Assembly (NCBI GenBank): GCA_044229975.1
Contig: JBGARZ010000001.1
Span: forward strand, 832,001 to 896,000
Length of the DNA: 64,000 bases
Direction: 5' to 3'
Origin: Polyangiales bacterium
Lineage (GTDB): Bacteria; Myxococcota_A; Polyangia; Polyangiales; Ga0077539
How positions within the stretch are numbered: position 1 is the stretch's first letter; each line of letters starts with the position of its first letter. The notes under the pieces were generated by a model that did not search any database, had not been told where the DNA came from, and saw nothing but the letters and a program-made list of their open reading frames with translations. A program made the translations under genes and the position numbers. Below, one piece after another: positions 63,836 through 64,000 of the stretch.

Positions 63836-64000
63836 CGGCGGGCGCGCGAAGAGCCGCACCGCGAGCGCGAGGCCCACCGCGTGGAAGCACGCCGCGAGGA
63901 AGAACGGCGCGCCCGGGACGTGCGGGCGCGCGGTGGCGGGGCCGAAGGTGGCGTAGAGCCCCGTGCCGATGAGCGGCGCGACGACGGCCGTGAGGCTCTG
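63809..64000 (-). CDS. C-terminus of a TetA-like MFS transporter (start lies outside the window)
   Basis: Manual translation QSLTAVVAPLIGTGLY...PGAPFFLAA...EHAP*. Confidence 0.7.
   Translation of the reverse strand, partial: QSLTAVVAPLIGTGLYATFGPATARPHVPGAPFFLAACFHAVGLALAVRLFARPPLPAVEHAP

Overview
Very GC-rich bacterial chromosomal DNA, most consistent with Myxococcota/Polyangiales: it carries a kinase-AAA-TPR-GAF-sigma54 activator, a MYXO-CTERM tail, AgmX/PglI domains, Cys-rich lipoproteins and an elb-type lipid cluster. About 50 credible CDS can be called. Recognisable pathways are an ElbD-type ether-lipid operon (38.8-46.8 kb), a PuuD-type urate catabolism operon with an allantoicase::OHCU-decarboxylase fusion (52.4-57.4 kb), topB, tesB and two sensor kinases. 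The accessory region (7-31 kb) holds a Septu-like ATPase+HNH pair followed by an exonuclease, a tandem pair of AlkB-like dioxygenases, an RlaP-type nucleotidyltransferase, several broken genes and a palindromic element. The most striking item is a two-gene, in-frame but catalytically dead paralogue of RNA polymerase beta' (20217-22621). It aligns by eye to beta' from about residue 350 to the jaw, has lost NADFDGD, keeps the Zn site and secondary-channel rim, and is split at the trigger loop. All calls come from motif recognition by eye; no searches were run. No rRNA, tRNA, CRISPR array or transposase was recognised.
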